Positions 8,091 through 17,247 of a stretch of 50,765 nucleotides of DNA are shown here, one piece after another. The stretch covers positions 1-50,765 of the forward strand of contig CABTMH010000169.1 in the NCBI GenBank assembly GCA_902485915.1, given 5' to 3'. A program made the position numbers and the translations under genes. Below the pieces are notes generated by a model that made no database searches, was not told the DNA's origin, and saw only the letters and a list, made by a program, of their open reading frames with translations. Origin of the DNA: an uncultured Oribacterium sp. Its GTDB lineage: Bacteria > Bacillota > Clostridia > Lachnospirales > Lachnospiraceae. The number at the start of each line of letters is the position of its first letter. The stretch's first letter is position 1.

Positions 8091-9536
8091 ATGGCAGATC
8101 ATTACGATGAGAACTACGAGGAAGTCGTATCCCTTCCGGGCGTAGATACCGATGGCGAACGCACAGAGAATATCGATGATGGACGGATTCGTCGACCGTC
8201 TGAGTTTTTCGTCCGCACCACGGGCGACGATATCGACGAACAGGAGCATGCCCGACGCGAATACTTTAATAAGGTCATCGGCGAAGCAGAGAGTGACGCA
8301 CTGCAGACAGAGGAGGGGCTGGGCCCAAACGCCGAAAGCTCCCTGCTCTACCGCATCTGGTCCCGCGTGAATCATGAAAGCGAGGAAGCCGTCGCCGGCA
8401 TCGTCGAGAAGAAGGTCGAGTATGTCGAGCTCTTTTTCGACCTCATCTTCGTGTATAGCCTCCGTACGATCAACGCACTGTTTCATGCCTATGAGCATTC
8501 CTTCCCGCCGATGAGCGCGATCCAGACCTTCCTTTTTCTGACCGCGGTCGTCATGCAGGTCTGGATGTTTACCACGATGTTTTTTAACCGTTACGGCCGG
8601 AAAGCCCTCCGGGATTACATCAGTATCTTCATCAATATGTACCTCCTGTACTACATGGCGAGCGGCTCGAACCACCACTGGCTCGATCACTATATCCGCT
8701 ACCACGGGGCCTGGGCACTGATCATGCTGAACCTCGCGTATCGAAACTGGGACAAGCTGCGTTTCGCCCCGCATCTCGATGACATCGACCGGAGGATACT
8801 CGGGGCGAATGTCATCCATTATCTCATCGAGTGCGGTATCATCCTCGTGTCGATCCCGGTGCATGAAATCACCGGACTCGTGCTCTCGCCGCTTGCGCTG
8901 ATTTACGGCTATGTCGCAAAAGCCAGTGAGTTCCGTGCCTATAAGGCGAGACCGTGCGACTTCCCGCACCTCGCCGAGCGAAATCTGCTGCTCGTGATCC
9001 TGACCTTCGGTGAGATGATCATCGGCATCGCCAGCTTCTTCGAAACGGGTAAGAATGTGCTTCTGAACATCATTTCCTTCCTGATCGTCATCGGCATGTT
9101 CCTGAGCTACGGCTTTTTTAACGACAATGTCCTCGACCACCACAGGAAGACCTCCGGCCTCGGCTTCCTCGCGATCCACGTCATCATGATCCTCGCGATC
9201 AACTCGACGACCATCGCGCTCGAGCTCCTCGCGCGCCCGCTGGTCCCGCTTCTGCCGAAGACCATGTGGATGACCAGTATGCTGCTCGTCTACTATCTGT
9301 GCCTGCTGGCGACCGAACGCTATGCGAAAGAACACCTTCGGACGAACCGCTTTAAGTTCATAGGCACCGTCCTCTCGATCCTGGTGGCCTATCTCTGCCT
9401 GATGCTGCTCGGCGGACATCATCAGCTGGTGGGTGCCTTTATCACCCTCGTCTTTGTATATGGTATCTTCGGCTTCCTGCTGCACATCCACCACAGTAGC
9501 CTCCGCAAGATGAAGATCGGCGGATACATCTCATAA
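8091..9536 (+). CDS. Low temperature requirement protein A (LtrA) family membrane protein
   Basis: Motifs KKVEYVELFFDLIFV and HLAERNLLLVILTFGE; TAAGGAG RBS before ATG 8091. Confidence 0.85.
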   Translation: MADHYDENYEEVVSLPGVDTDGERTENIDDGRIRRPSEFFVRTTGDDIDEQEHARREYFNKVIGEAESDALQTEEGLGPNAESSLLYRIWSRVNHESEEAVAGIVEKKVEYVELFFDLIFVYSLRTINALFHAYEHSFPPMSAIQTFLFLTAVVMQVWMFTTMFFNRYGRKALRDYISIFINMYLLYYMASGSNHHWLDHYIRYHGAWALIMLNLAYRNWDKLRFAPHLDDIDRRILGANVIHYLIECGIILVSIPVHEITGLVLSPLALIYGYVAKASEFRAYKARPCDFPHLAERNLLLVILTFGEMIIGIASFFETGKNVLLNIISFLIVIGMFLSYGFFNDNVLDHHRKTSGLGFLAIHVIMILAINSTTIALELLARPLVPLLPKTMWMTSMLLVYYLCLLATERYAKEHLRTNRFKFIGTVLSILVAYLCLMLLGGHHQLVGAFITLVFVYGIFGFLLHIHHSSLRKMKIGGYIS

Positions 9537-9556
9537 AATCGAGACCCGAAATGCGT

Positions 9557-9615
9557 CATCGGTCCTCCGGCCCGCTACCGGCTTTCCGACACGCCCATCC
9601 GGCCCCCCCCCTGAC
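9557..9615 (+). repeat. Intergenic repeat, copy 3 (internal module only)
   Basis: CATCGGTCCTCCGGCCCGCTACCGGCTTTCCGACACGCCC matches the interior of copies 5 and 8. Confidence 0.75.
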
Positions 9616-9711
9616 CTTATGAAGAATAGAGATTGAGTTCACTCCTCTGAAATGCTAGAATAGTCGCGTACATTTGTTTGACGGATTATTCTCTTTTCAG
9701 AGGAGTTTTTT

Positions 9712-10905
9712 ATGAAACTGATTCACTGCGCAGACCTGCATCTCGACAGCCGGATGAGCACGCATCTCGGGGATGCGGCAGCCCGGGAGCGGCGGCAGGA
9801 ACTGCTCGGCACCTGGCTCCGCCTCGTCACGTACGCGGAGCAGCATCAGGTGCGCGCGATCCTCATCGCCGGCGACCTCTTCGACCGGCCGGCCGTGAGT
9901 CTGACGACGGCGCATGCTGTCCTCGAGAGCGTACGTACCCACCCGGAGATCGCGTTTTTCTATTTAAAAGGAAATCATGACACGGACAGCTTTCTGAACC
10001 AGGCGGAGAGCCTGCCGGAGAATCTCTATACCTTCCAGGACACCTGGCGGAAGTACCGGCTGTTGGACCATCTCGTGATCGCCGGCCGTGAGTTTACGGA
10101 ATCCGGCACCCTGAACGAGCTGGCGGCGAAGACCCTGCGCCTCGAAGAGGCCGATGTGAACATCGTCCTCCTCCATGGGCAGATCAGCGAAAGCACTGCG
10201 CAGGACAGTGCGTCGACTGAAACGATCCGTCTCGCGGACTATGCGCATCAGGGCATCGATTATCTGGCGCTCGGACATGTGCACCAGTACCAGGAGGGAA
10301 GCCTCGACGGGCGCGGAAGCTGGTGCTATCCTGGCTGCCTCGAGGGACGTGGTTTCGATGAGTGTACGCAGCATGGCTTCGTCCTGCTCGATATCGATGA
10401 GGCGACACATCAGATCCGGCGTCAGCTCGTGGATATCAGTACACGCCATCTCTGGACGGTGCCGCTGGATGTGCAGGGGCTTGACTCGTCGATGGCGATC
10501 GTGCGGCGTGCGCGTGCCCTGCTGTCACTGCTTTCCGGAACGCCGAGTGCGGATCCGGCGATCGCGGAGATCCCGGCAGAGCGCGTCGAGGCGATCCTTC
10601 AGGCGGGGGCCGGGGTGCGCATGCGCTCGCAGGATCTCGTGAAGCTGGAGCTTCGCGGCGCGCTTGCGATGGATGTGGAGCTTAGCCTCGACTTCATCCG
10701 TACGCAGCTTGCACCGATGTTTTACTTTCTTCGGGTCGTGGATGAGACACGGCGTTTCATCGACCCGTCGATGTATCAGCATGATAAATCGCTGAAGGGC
10801 GCGTTCGTCCACTCGGTCGAGGAGGATGCGACGCTCGATGAGCAGACGAAGGCGGCGGTGATCGAAGCAGGCCTCCGGCTGCTGCGGGGCGAGGAGCTTC
10901 TGTGA
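9712..10905 (+). CDS. SbcD/Mre11/YhaO-type metallophosphoesterase (DNA repair exonuclease)
   Basis: Motifs HCADLHL, AGDLFD, GNHD, LHG, YLALGHVH and YPGCLEGRGFDE. Confidence 0.9.
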   Translation: MKLIHCADLHLDSRMSTHLGDAAARERRQELLGTWLRLVTYAEQHQVRAILIAGDLFDRPAVSLTTAHAVLESVRTHPEIAFFYLKGNHDTDSFLNQAESLPENLYTFQDTWRKYRLLDHLVIAGREFTESGTLNELAAKTLRLEEADVNIVLLHGQISESTAQDSASTETIRLADYAHQGIDYLALGHVHQYQEGSLDGRGSWCYPGCLEGRGFDECTQHGFVLLDIDEATHQIRRQLVDISTRHLWTVPLDVQGLDSSMAIVRRARALLSLLSGTPSADPAIAEIPAERVEAILQAGAGVRMRSQDLVKLELRGALAMDVELSLDFIRTQLAPMFYFLRVVDETRRFIDPSMYQHDKSLKGAFVHSVEEDATLDEQTKAAVIEAGLRLLRGEELL

Positions 10906-10993
10906 GTGGAGCGCCGTGGCAGAACGGGACAGATCGGGCAGTGCTTCCGAGGAGCGTGTCCCTGTAAAGATAGAGAGAATCGAAGGATTGTAG

Positions 10994-13180
10994 ATGAGAT
11001 TACTGAACTGTCAAATCGATAATTTCGGAAAGCTGCAGCATCTGGAGCTTGACTTCCAGGACGGGCTCAATGTCTTCCTCCGGGAGAACGGCTTCGGGAA
11101 GTCGACGCTGGCGGCCTTTATCCGGGTCATGTTCTATGGACTGTCCGGTGAGCGGAAGGCGCAGGACAGCGACAATGAGCGGAAGAAATACCGTCCATGG
11201 CAGGGCGGCAGCTTCGGTGGCTCGCTCTGCTTCGCGCTCGACGACGGAAAGTGCTACCGCATCACACGGCACTTCGGCGAGCGGAAGGGGCAGGACCAGT
11301 TCATGCTCTACGATGCGGAGACGAATCTGCCGTCGAAGGACTATAGTGAGCGCATCGGAGAGGAGCTCTTCCGCATCGATGAGACCTCCTTCCGGCGTAC
11401 CTGCTTCATCGGGCAGCAGGCGCTCGAAACCGGCGTGACCTCGGAGATCAACGCGCGTATCGGTAACGTCTCGGAGGATCCGGAGGATATGAACCGCTAT
11501 GCAGAGGTCATCGAGCAGCTGAAGGATGAGATCAATGCACTCTCACCGGCGCGGCGGACCGGTGCGATCTTTAAGAAACGCCTGGAGCTCGAAGAGCTGA
11601 AGAACGGCTGTGCCGGTCGGGAAGCGGAAGAGAAGCAGGCGGTCGACGGGGCGGCCGCACTCCACCAGGCGCGCGAAACGAAGCAGCGCCTGCAGTCGGT
11701 ACTGGAGAGCACCAGCCGCCGACTGGTCCAGCAGAGTCAGCAGCAGGACGCGATCCGCGACCGGATGGAGTATGACCGCCTGTGCGCGGCCTGCAGCGAC
11801 AGCCGGACGCGACTCCTGGAGCAGGAGCGGCGGTACCTCGGCACCTTGAGCGGAGAGCAGCGGGCGCAGCAGCTGCAACGGGAGCTGCGGCGTCTCCAGG
11901 AGACCTTCCGGAGCGGACTGCCATCGGAAGCTGAGATGCGCGGCGCGGAGAAGCGCCTCGGTCGCATCGCCTGGCTGGCCGATCGCATCGCCGGCCTCGA
12001 GCAGCAGGGTGGACGTCGGAGACGGAAGGCATCGCCGCAGAAGCGTGCGCAGCAGACACACGCCTTCGCCGGGCTACTGCTGTCCCTCCTTCTGCTGCTG
12101 GCCGGTGTGTACGGTCTTCTTCACTTCGGCGGGAACATCCTGCCGGGTGTCGTGCTGCTCGGTCTCGCGGCGCTCGCGTTGCTGTTGTCTACCGCTTGCT
12201 TCGTGAAAAGCACTGGAACGAAGAACGATGATCAGGAGCGCATGGCAGCGATGCAGAACATGCGTGTGGAGTTCGAGCGACTGAACCAGGAGCTGAACCG
12301 CTTCCTGAGCCGTTTCTATCCGGAGATGGACTACAGTGCCGCTGCGGATTATTTTACGGTGGTGGAGGGAGATGATGTCGGTGGCGAAGACATTGACCGA
12401 AGACATCCGAACCGGGCAGCCCTGCTCCGCCGGCTCGGCACGGACATGCTCAGCTACAGCCGGCTTACGGATATCCGAACGATCGCCATCGAGCTCTCGA
12501 AGCGACAGCATGCGCAGGAGGCCTTCGAGCAGAGCCATGATATGGAGCAGCTGCGCGCGATCCGGCGACCGGTGGAGGCAGCGGAGAGTCTCGCAGCGCT
12601 GAGCCAGCAGATGCAGACACTGCGGGCACAGCTCGAAGAGCTCGACACCCGTATCCAGCAGCTGTCCGCTGAACAGGAAGCATCGGAGCGCAGACTGGCG
12701 GAGCTGTACGAGATGGAGCGGCACGCACAGCAGGCCCTCGAGGACCTCGCTGCGATGGAGCAGCGCCACCATCGGCTGACGCTCGTCCGCGACCACCTCA
12801 CGAAGGCACGGAACGACTTCACGAAGCAGTACATGGACCCGATGATGGATGCGTTCACGAAGTACTACCGTATCCTGGCCAATGCCTCGCAGCCGGCGAT
12901 TCCGTTCCGCATGGATGCGGATTTTAACGTGCATCTCCTCGCAGAAGGAGAGGCGCGTAATACGGAGCTTCTTTCTGCCGGCTACCGGAACCTCGTGGAG
13001 CTCGCGCGGCGCATGGCCTTCATCGACGCCATGTATGAGGAGGAGAAGCCGTTCATCCTCCTCGATGACCCGTTCATCAACCTCGATCCGCCGAAGGTCG
13101 AGGGCGGCATGCGCTTCCTCGAGGCCATCGCCCGCGACCACCAGGTGATTTACTTCACCTGCCATGAAAGCCGGCGATAA
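10994..13180 (+). CDS. SbcC/Rad50/YhaN-like ATPase with coiled coils and an internal membrane hairpin
   Basis: Walker A ENGFGKST, signature LSAG, Walker B ILLDDPF, QVIYFTCH. Confidence 0.88.
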   Translation: MRLLNCQIDNFGKLQHLELDFQDGLNVFLRENGFGKSTLAAFIRVMFYGLSGERKAQDSDNERKKYRPWQGGSFGGSLCFALDDGKCYRITRHFGERKGQDQFMLYDAETNLPSKDYSERIGEELFRIDETSFRRTCFIGQQALETGVTSEINARIGNVSEDPEDMNRYAEVIEQLKDEINALSPARRTGAIFKKRLELEELKNGCAGREAEEKQAVDGAAALHQARETKQRLQSVLESTSRRLVQQSQQQDAIRDRMEYDRLCAACSDSRTRLLEQERRYLGTLSGEQRAQQLQRELRRLQETFRSGLPSEAEMRGAEKRLGRIAWLADRIAGLEQQGGRRRRKASPQKRAQQTHAFAGLLLSLLLLLAGVYGLLHFGGNILPGVVLLGLAALALLLSTACFVKSTGTKNDDQERMAAMQNMRVEFERLNQELNRFLSRFYPEMDYSAAADYFTVVEGDDVGGEDIDRRHPNRAALLRRLGTDMLSYSRLTDIRTIAIELSKRQHAQEAFEQSHDMEQLRAIRRPVEAAESLAALSQQMQTLRAQLEELDTRIQQLSAEQEASERRLAELYEMERHAQQALEDLAAMEQRHHRLTLVRDHLTKARNDFTKQYMDPMMDAFTKYYRILANASQPAIPFRMDADFNVHLLAEGEARNTELLSAGYRNLVELARRMAFIDAMYEEEKPFILLDDPFINLDPPKVEGGMRFLEAIARDHQVIYFTCHESRR

Positions 13181-13192
13181 ACAGAAGTGAAA

Positions 13193-13229
13193 AACAGCGG
13201 AGGGTGGCTATCTGCCACCCTCCGCTGTT
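13193..13229. terminator. Bidirectional terminator-like hairpin
   Basis: AACAGCGGAGGGTGGC-tatct-GCCACCCTCCGCTGTT between convergent genes. Confidence 0.8.
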
Positions 13230-13334
13230 AAGCTTTCCGGCTCTTCCTGCCGGACTCTTCCGCTGTTAAGCTTTCCGGCTCTTCCTATCGGCCTCTTCCG
13301 CTGTTAACGCTTCCGACTCTTCCTGCCAGTCTCC
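13221..13334 (-). repeat. 3 x 38-bp tandem repeat of the gntR 3' end
   Basis: TCCGCTGTTAAGCTTTCCGGCTCTTCCTGCCGGACTCT at 13221; variants at 13259 and 13297, the last containing the real stop codon. Confidence 0.9.
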
Positions 13335-14017
13335 GAAGCGGCTTCCGCCTCATCGACGAGGTTCTGCGAAACGGTCATCTCCTGATTATCGATGTGCTCC
13401 TTCATCAGTGTCTTCGCGCGGATGAGATCACGGATCCGGATAGCCTGCAGGATCTCCTCATGCTCATGCACGAGGATGCCACGCTTCGCCTCGTCCTTGA
13501 TGTACTCGAGACGGTAGCGGTACATCTGCTCCCGGAGATTATTGATCATCTGGACGAGCTTCTCGTTTCCGGAGGCCTTATAGATGATGTCATGGTAGGC
13601 CTCATCGGCCTCGGCGATCTCGATCTCCGTACCGCCGTTTTTCACGACCTTCTGGAAATTATCCTCCGCAGCACTCAGCTCCCGAAGCTCCTCATCGGAG
13701 ATCCGCTGACAGGCGAGGTCCGTCGCCAGCTCCTCCAGGGCCCCACGCACCTCGAGGGTATCCTGCAGATTCTTGTGGGATATCTTCGCGACCTCGGCGC
13801 CTCGGCGCGGAATCATCAGTACGAGACCTTCCAGCTCCAGCTTTCGGATCGCCTCACGAATCGGTGTACGAGAGACACCGAGCTTCTCGGCGAGCTGGAT
13901 CTCCATGAGACGTTCACCCGGCTTCAGCTCACCCTTCAGGATCGCCTGACGGAGTGTGTTGAACACGAGATCCCGTAAAGGAAGATATTCATTCATATTT
14001 ACTGTAAAATCATTCAT
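13304..14017 (-). CDS. GntR (FadR/FCD) transcriptional regulator
   Basis: PGERLMEIQLAEKLGVSRTPIREAIRKLELEGLV plus an FCD domain; GGAGG RBS upstream; GTG 14020 is an alternative start. Confidence 0.93.
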   Translation of the reverse strand: MNDFTVNMNEYLPLRDLVFNTLRQAILKGELKPGERLMEIQLAEKLGVSRTPIREAIRKLELEGLVLMIPRRGAEVAKISHKNLQDTLEVRGALEELATDLACQRISDEELRELSAAEDNFQKVVKNGGTEIEIAEADEAYHDIIYKASGNEKLVQMINNLREQMYRYRLEYIKDEAKRGILVHEHEEILQAIRIRDLIRAKTLMKEHIDNQEMTVSQNLVDEAEAASETGRKSRKR

Positions 14018-14046
14018 CACTGTACTTGTCCTCCGAAGAAAATCGT

Positions 14047-14964
14047 TCACAGGCGGGCTGGGCGGCTCGGTGAGGTTCTGGATGGCTTCCGCCATGGCTC
14101 GGTGAGGTATACCTGCTTCGCGAGTCCGCTTTCTTTCGCGGAAAGCAGAGCCTGATAGCAGGCCTGTGCCTTTTCGGGATCGTCGAAGAGGCCGAACACC
14201 GTCGGGCCGGAGCCGGACATCATGGCATTCAGTGCGCCGAGCGCCATCATACGCTCTTTGATGGCGTCGATTTCCGGATGCTGCCGGCTGGTGACGGTTT
14301 CGAGGATATTGCCCATCTGTCCGGCGACCGCACGTACATCCCGCGCCTTCAGCGCCTCGATCACCTGATCCACATCCGGGTGTGCCTCCGCCGGGAGCGT
14401 GTTGACATGCAGGTTCTCGTAAACGGCCTTCGTGGATACCGAGATCGCCGGCTTCGCAAGCACGATCGAGCAGGCCGGCAGTGCCGGAAGCGGGGTCAGG
14501 ATCTCTCCGATGCCCTCGGACAGTGCCGTCCCGCGCATGAGACAGAACGGGATGTCCGCCCCGAGCTGCACACCGCGCTTCTTCAGCTCTTCGATACTCA
14601 GCCGGAGATCAAACAGCCGGTTCATACCGTACAGTACCGCGGCCGCATCCGCAGATCCTCCAGCCATGCCGGCGGCCACCGGGATGACCTTCCGAAGGGA
14701 CATCCGGACACCGCCCTCGAGATGGAACTCGTCCATCAGCATCTTCGCCGCCCGGTACATGAGATTGTTTTCGTTGACCGGCAGAACCGGCAGATTGGTT
14801 TTCAGCACGATGCCTGACCTGTCGGTTCGCTCCATATCGATGTTGTCGTGGAGCTTCACGGTCTGCATGATCATGCGGACATCATGATAACCGTTCGGCC
14901 GCTGCCGCAGCACGTCGAGCGACAGATTGATTTTGCCATATGCCTGAAGCTTGATGTGATTCAT
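14047..14964 (-). CDS. ispE: 4-diphosphocytidyl-2-C-methyl-D-erythritol kinase
   Basis: Motifs GKINLSLDV, IPVAAGMAGGSADAAA, LGADIPFC and MSGSGPTVF. Confidence 0.96.
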   Translation of the reverse strand: MNHIKLQAYGKINLSLDVLRQRPNGYHDVRMIMQTVKLHDNIDMERTDRSGIVLKTNLPVLPVNENNLMYRAAKMLMDEFHLEGGVRMSLRKVIPVAAGMAGGSADAAAVLYGMNRLFDLRLSIEELKKRGVQLGADIPFCLMRGTALSEGIGEILTPLPALPACSIVLAKPAISVSTKAVYENLHVNTLPAEAHPDVDQVIEALKARDVRAVAGQMGNILETVTSRQHPEIDAIKERMMALGALNAMMSGSGPTVFGLFDDPEKAQACYQALLSAKESGLAKQVYLTEPWRKPSRTSPSRPARL

Positions 14965-15083
14965 AACTCCCTGTTTCCTTGATTTGTATTTTGACCTTTG
15001 TATACATTACGCTTATTTTAGGGCATTCTGCTGCTTAAAGCAAGCATTCCGCTTCTCTTATGTACAGAAATCGAAACATCAAA

Positions 15084-15158
15084 TTGACAAATCATTAAAG
15101 CACGCTTATACTCTGTAACACGAGTGACACATTGTCACTTTTAGTGACATCATGTCAC
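15084..15158 (+). promoter_or_regulatory. SigA promoter with two tandem palindromic TetR operators
   Basis: TTGACA(15084)-17-TATACT(15107); AGTGACA-cat-TGTCACT (15123-15139) and AGTGACA-tca-TGTCAC (15143-15158). Confidence 0.8.
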
Positions 15159-15239
15159 CTACTCGGAAAATGATACCGGCACAGACGTGAAGCGGCGATA
15201 TGCGGAGCGTTCGAGGCGCCGTCCAGGAGAGGAGATTTT

Positions 15240-15908
15240 ATGGCGACGGAAAGATTTCTTAAGCTTTCCCAGGATAAAAAAGACAGAATACTACAGGCAG
15301 CAAGGCATGAATTTGCGAGGGTCCCGTTCGAGGATGCCTCCATCAATCAGATCATCAAGGCATCAGGGATCTCCCGCGGCAGCTTCTATACCTACTTCGA
15401 GGATAAGCTGGATCTCCTCCACTATGTATTTCGTAATGAGGGGATGCGAAACGAAGAGTACTTCCGGGAACTTCTGCTTCGGAAACAGGGAAACTACTGG
15501 GAAGCGCTTCGTGAATGGGTCTACAGCATCGAAAAGCTCATCGACGAAGGCTCTATCCAGGAAGACATCAACATCATGATGCAGAGTGGTATGATGCAGC
15601 GCGTCATCGCATTTTCGGAAAGTGGAAAGATGGATCATGCGGAGATCGCGAAAACAGAGTGGTTTCGAAAACAGGTTGATCCGGGGTGTTTTCGGCATTA
15701 TGACCGGCCGAGGCAGTTTGAGTCCATCATCCGCCTAGGAAACGCCGTCGCGATGATGACGCTCATGGCGCTGGTCGGGCATGCGAAGGAGCATCACGCG
15801 CGCATCCTTCAGAACTTTGAGATGGAGCTTGCAGTTCTGCGGGAAGGCGCGGATCCGCATTTCTCGAGAGAAGAGGAGCCGGCCGGTGAAGTGAGCGCAG
15901 GCGTGTAA
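15240..15908 (+). CDS. TetR/AcrR-family regulator
   Basis: HTH region SINQIIKASGISRGSFYTYFEDKLDL. Confidence 0.93.
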   Translation: MATERFLKLSQDKKDRILQAARHEFARVPFEDASINQIIKASGISRGSFYTYFEDKLDLLHYVFRNEGMRNEEYFRELLLRKQGNYWEALREWVYSIEKLIDEGSIQEDINIMMQSGMMQRVIAFSESGKMDHAEIAKTEWFRKQVDPGCFRHYDRPRQFESIIRLGNAVAMMTLMALVGHAKEHHARILQNFEMELAVLREGADPHFSREEEPAGEVSAGV

Positions 15909-16065
15909 GCCATAGTGCCGCGTTCAAAACAGTTTTCACGAAAGGGCGGAAGCGAGCGCAGGCGAGTAAGCCATCTGCGTCCAGGTCGACGACATTGGTC
16001 GGATGCAGTAAGCGTCGGAAGATCAAACGGGAAAATCACACAATCAGAAAAACAGGAGATTATAT

Positions 16066-17229
16066 ATGAAGAAACAGGTAAAAATCGCCATCGGTGCCGT
16101 CGTTGTGCTCGGCTTTGCAGGGCTCGTCGCGACGCGCATCATGAAGCCACAGGAGGAGATGCAGACGAAGGGGCTGCCGGCGGTCACGCTGACCACGGCG
16201 ACGGAGGGAAGCATCGAGCAGACGACCTCGCTTATGGGTACGGTTCAGCCGTCCGATACCTACTATATCACCCCGAAGGTGGCCGGTGAGCTGATCGAAA
16301 TCTATGTGCAGAACGGCCAGTCCGTCGAGGCGGGGGCGCCGATCGCGAAGATCGATAACCAGAAGCAGATCGATGCCGCGAAGTCTCAGCTGGAGGCGGC
16401 CAATGCTTCCGTTCAGGCGGCTTCGCAGCAGGCAGCGACTGCGCAGGATGCAGTGAATCGTATGACGCCGCTCTACGAGTCCGGCGATATCTCTGTGCAG
16501 AGCTATCAACAGACCTCGAACTCCGCAAAGGCAGCCGCTTCTCAGGTGGATGCTGCGAAGGCCCAGGCGGCGAGTGCGAAGCTGAACTATGAGACTCAGG
16601 TGGAGTTCGCTACGGTGACTGCACCGGCGGCCGGCGTCGTACAGAACCAGAACATGACGCTGCACGGTATGGTCTCCCAGTCCTCTCAGCTCTGCGTCAT
16701 CACCGGTACCGGCGCGAAGGTCGTCCAGTTTAACGTGACCGAGGAGGTCCTTCAGAACCTGACGATGGGCCAGACCGTAACCGTAGAGAAGAACGGCACC
16801 AGCTACAGTGGTACGATCACGAAGCTGAGCCAGCTCGTGGATCCGCAGTCGGGCCTCTTCCCGGTGGAGGCGACCCTTTCCGGCGCCGAGGCGCTGTCCG
16901 ATGGCAGCAGCACGAAGCTTTCCCTGGTGGCTGCGAGGGCAGACCACAGCCTGCTCGTGCCGGTGGATGCCGTGTACTATTCCGGTGGAAATCCATACGT
17001 GTATACCTATGAAGATGGTCTCGTGAAGCGTGTCTTCATCACCACCGGTATCTCCGATGATCAGTACTATGAAGTGACCGATGGCCTCGATGGCACGGAG
17101 CAGATCGTGAACAGCTGGACCGATGACATCTATGATGGTGCCGAGGTCCGGATCGTGGATGCGAACGGCCAGACGATCGAGGATGCATCCACAGAGCAAG
17201 AGACGACAGAGACCCGCGCAGCAGACTGA
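16066..17229 (+). CDS. RND efflux membrane fusion (adaptor) protein
   Basis: N-terminal TM anchor, lipoyl halves (PKVAGEL..VQNGQSVEAG; VTAPAAGVV), alpha hairpin, C-terminal VITTGISD. Confidence 0.92.
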   Translation: MKKQVKIAIGAVVVLGFAGLVATRIMKPQEEMQTKGLPAVTLTTATEGSIEQTTSLMGTVQPSDTYYITPKVAGELIEIYVQNGQSVEAGAPIAKIDNQKQIDAAKSQLEAANASVQAASQQAATAQDAVNRMTPLYESGDISVQSYQQTSNSAKAAASQVDAAKAQAASAKLNYETQVEFATVTAPAAGVVQNQNMTLHGMVSQSSQLCVITGTGAKVVQFNVTEEVLQNLTMGQTVTVEKNGTSYSGTITKLSQLVDPQSGLFPVEATLSGAEALSDGSSTKLSLVAARADHSLLVPVDAVYYSGGNPYVYTYEDGLVKRVFITTGISDDQYYEVTDGLDGTEQIVNSWTDDIYDGAEVRIVDANGQTIEDASTEQETTETRAAD

Positions 17230-17247
17230 ACCTGAGGAGAGAATACT

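Noticed and set aside
7899..9494. Long antisense ORFs (e.g. 7899-9494, 20449-21834, 21588-23222, 32990-34414)
   Set aside because: They shadow well-supported genes on the opposite strand, lack family motifs, and are expected with GC-rich codon usage.
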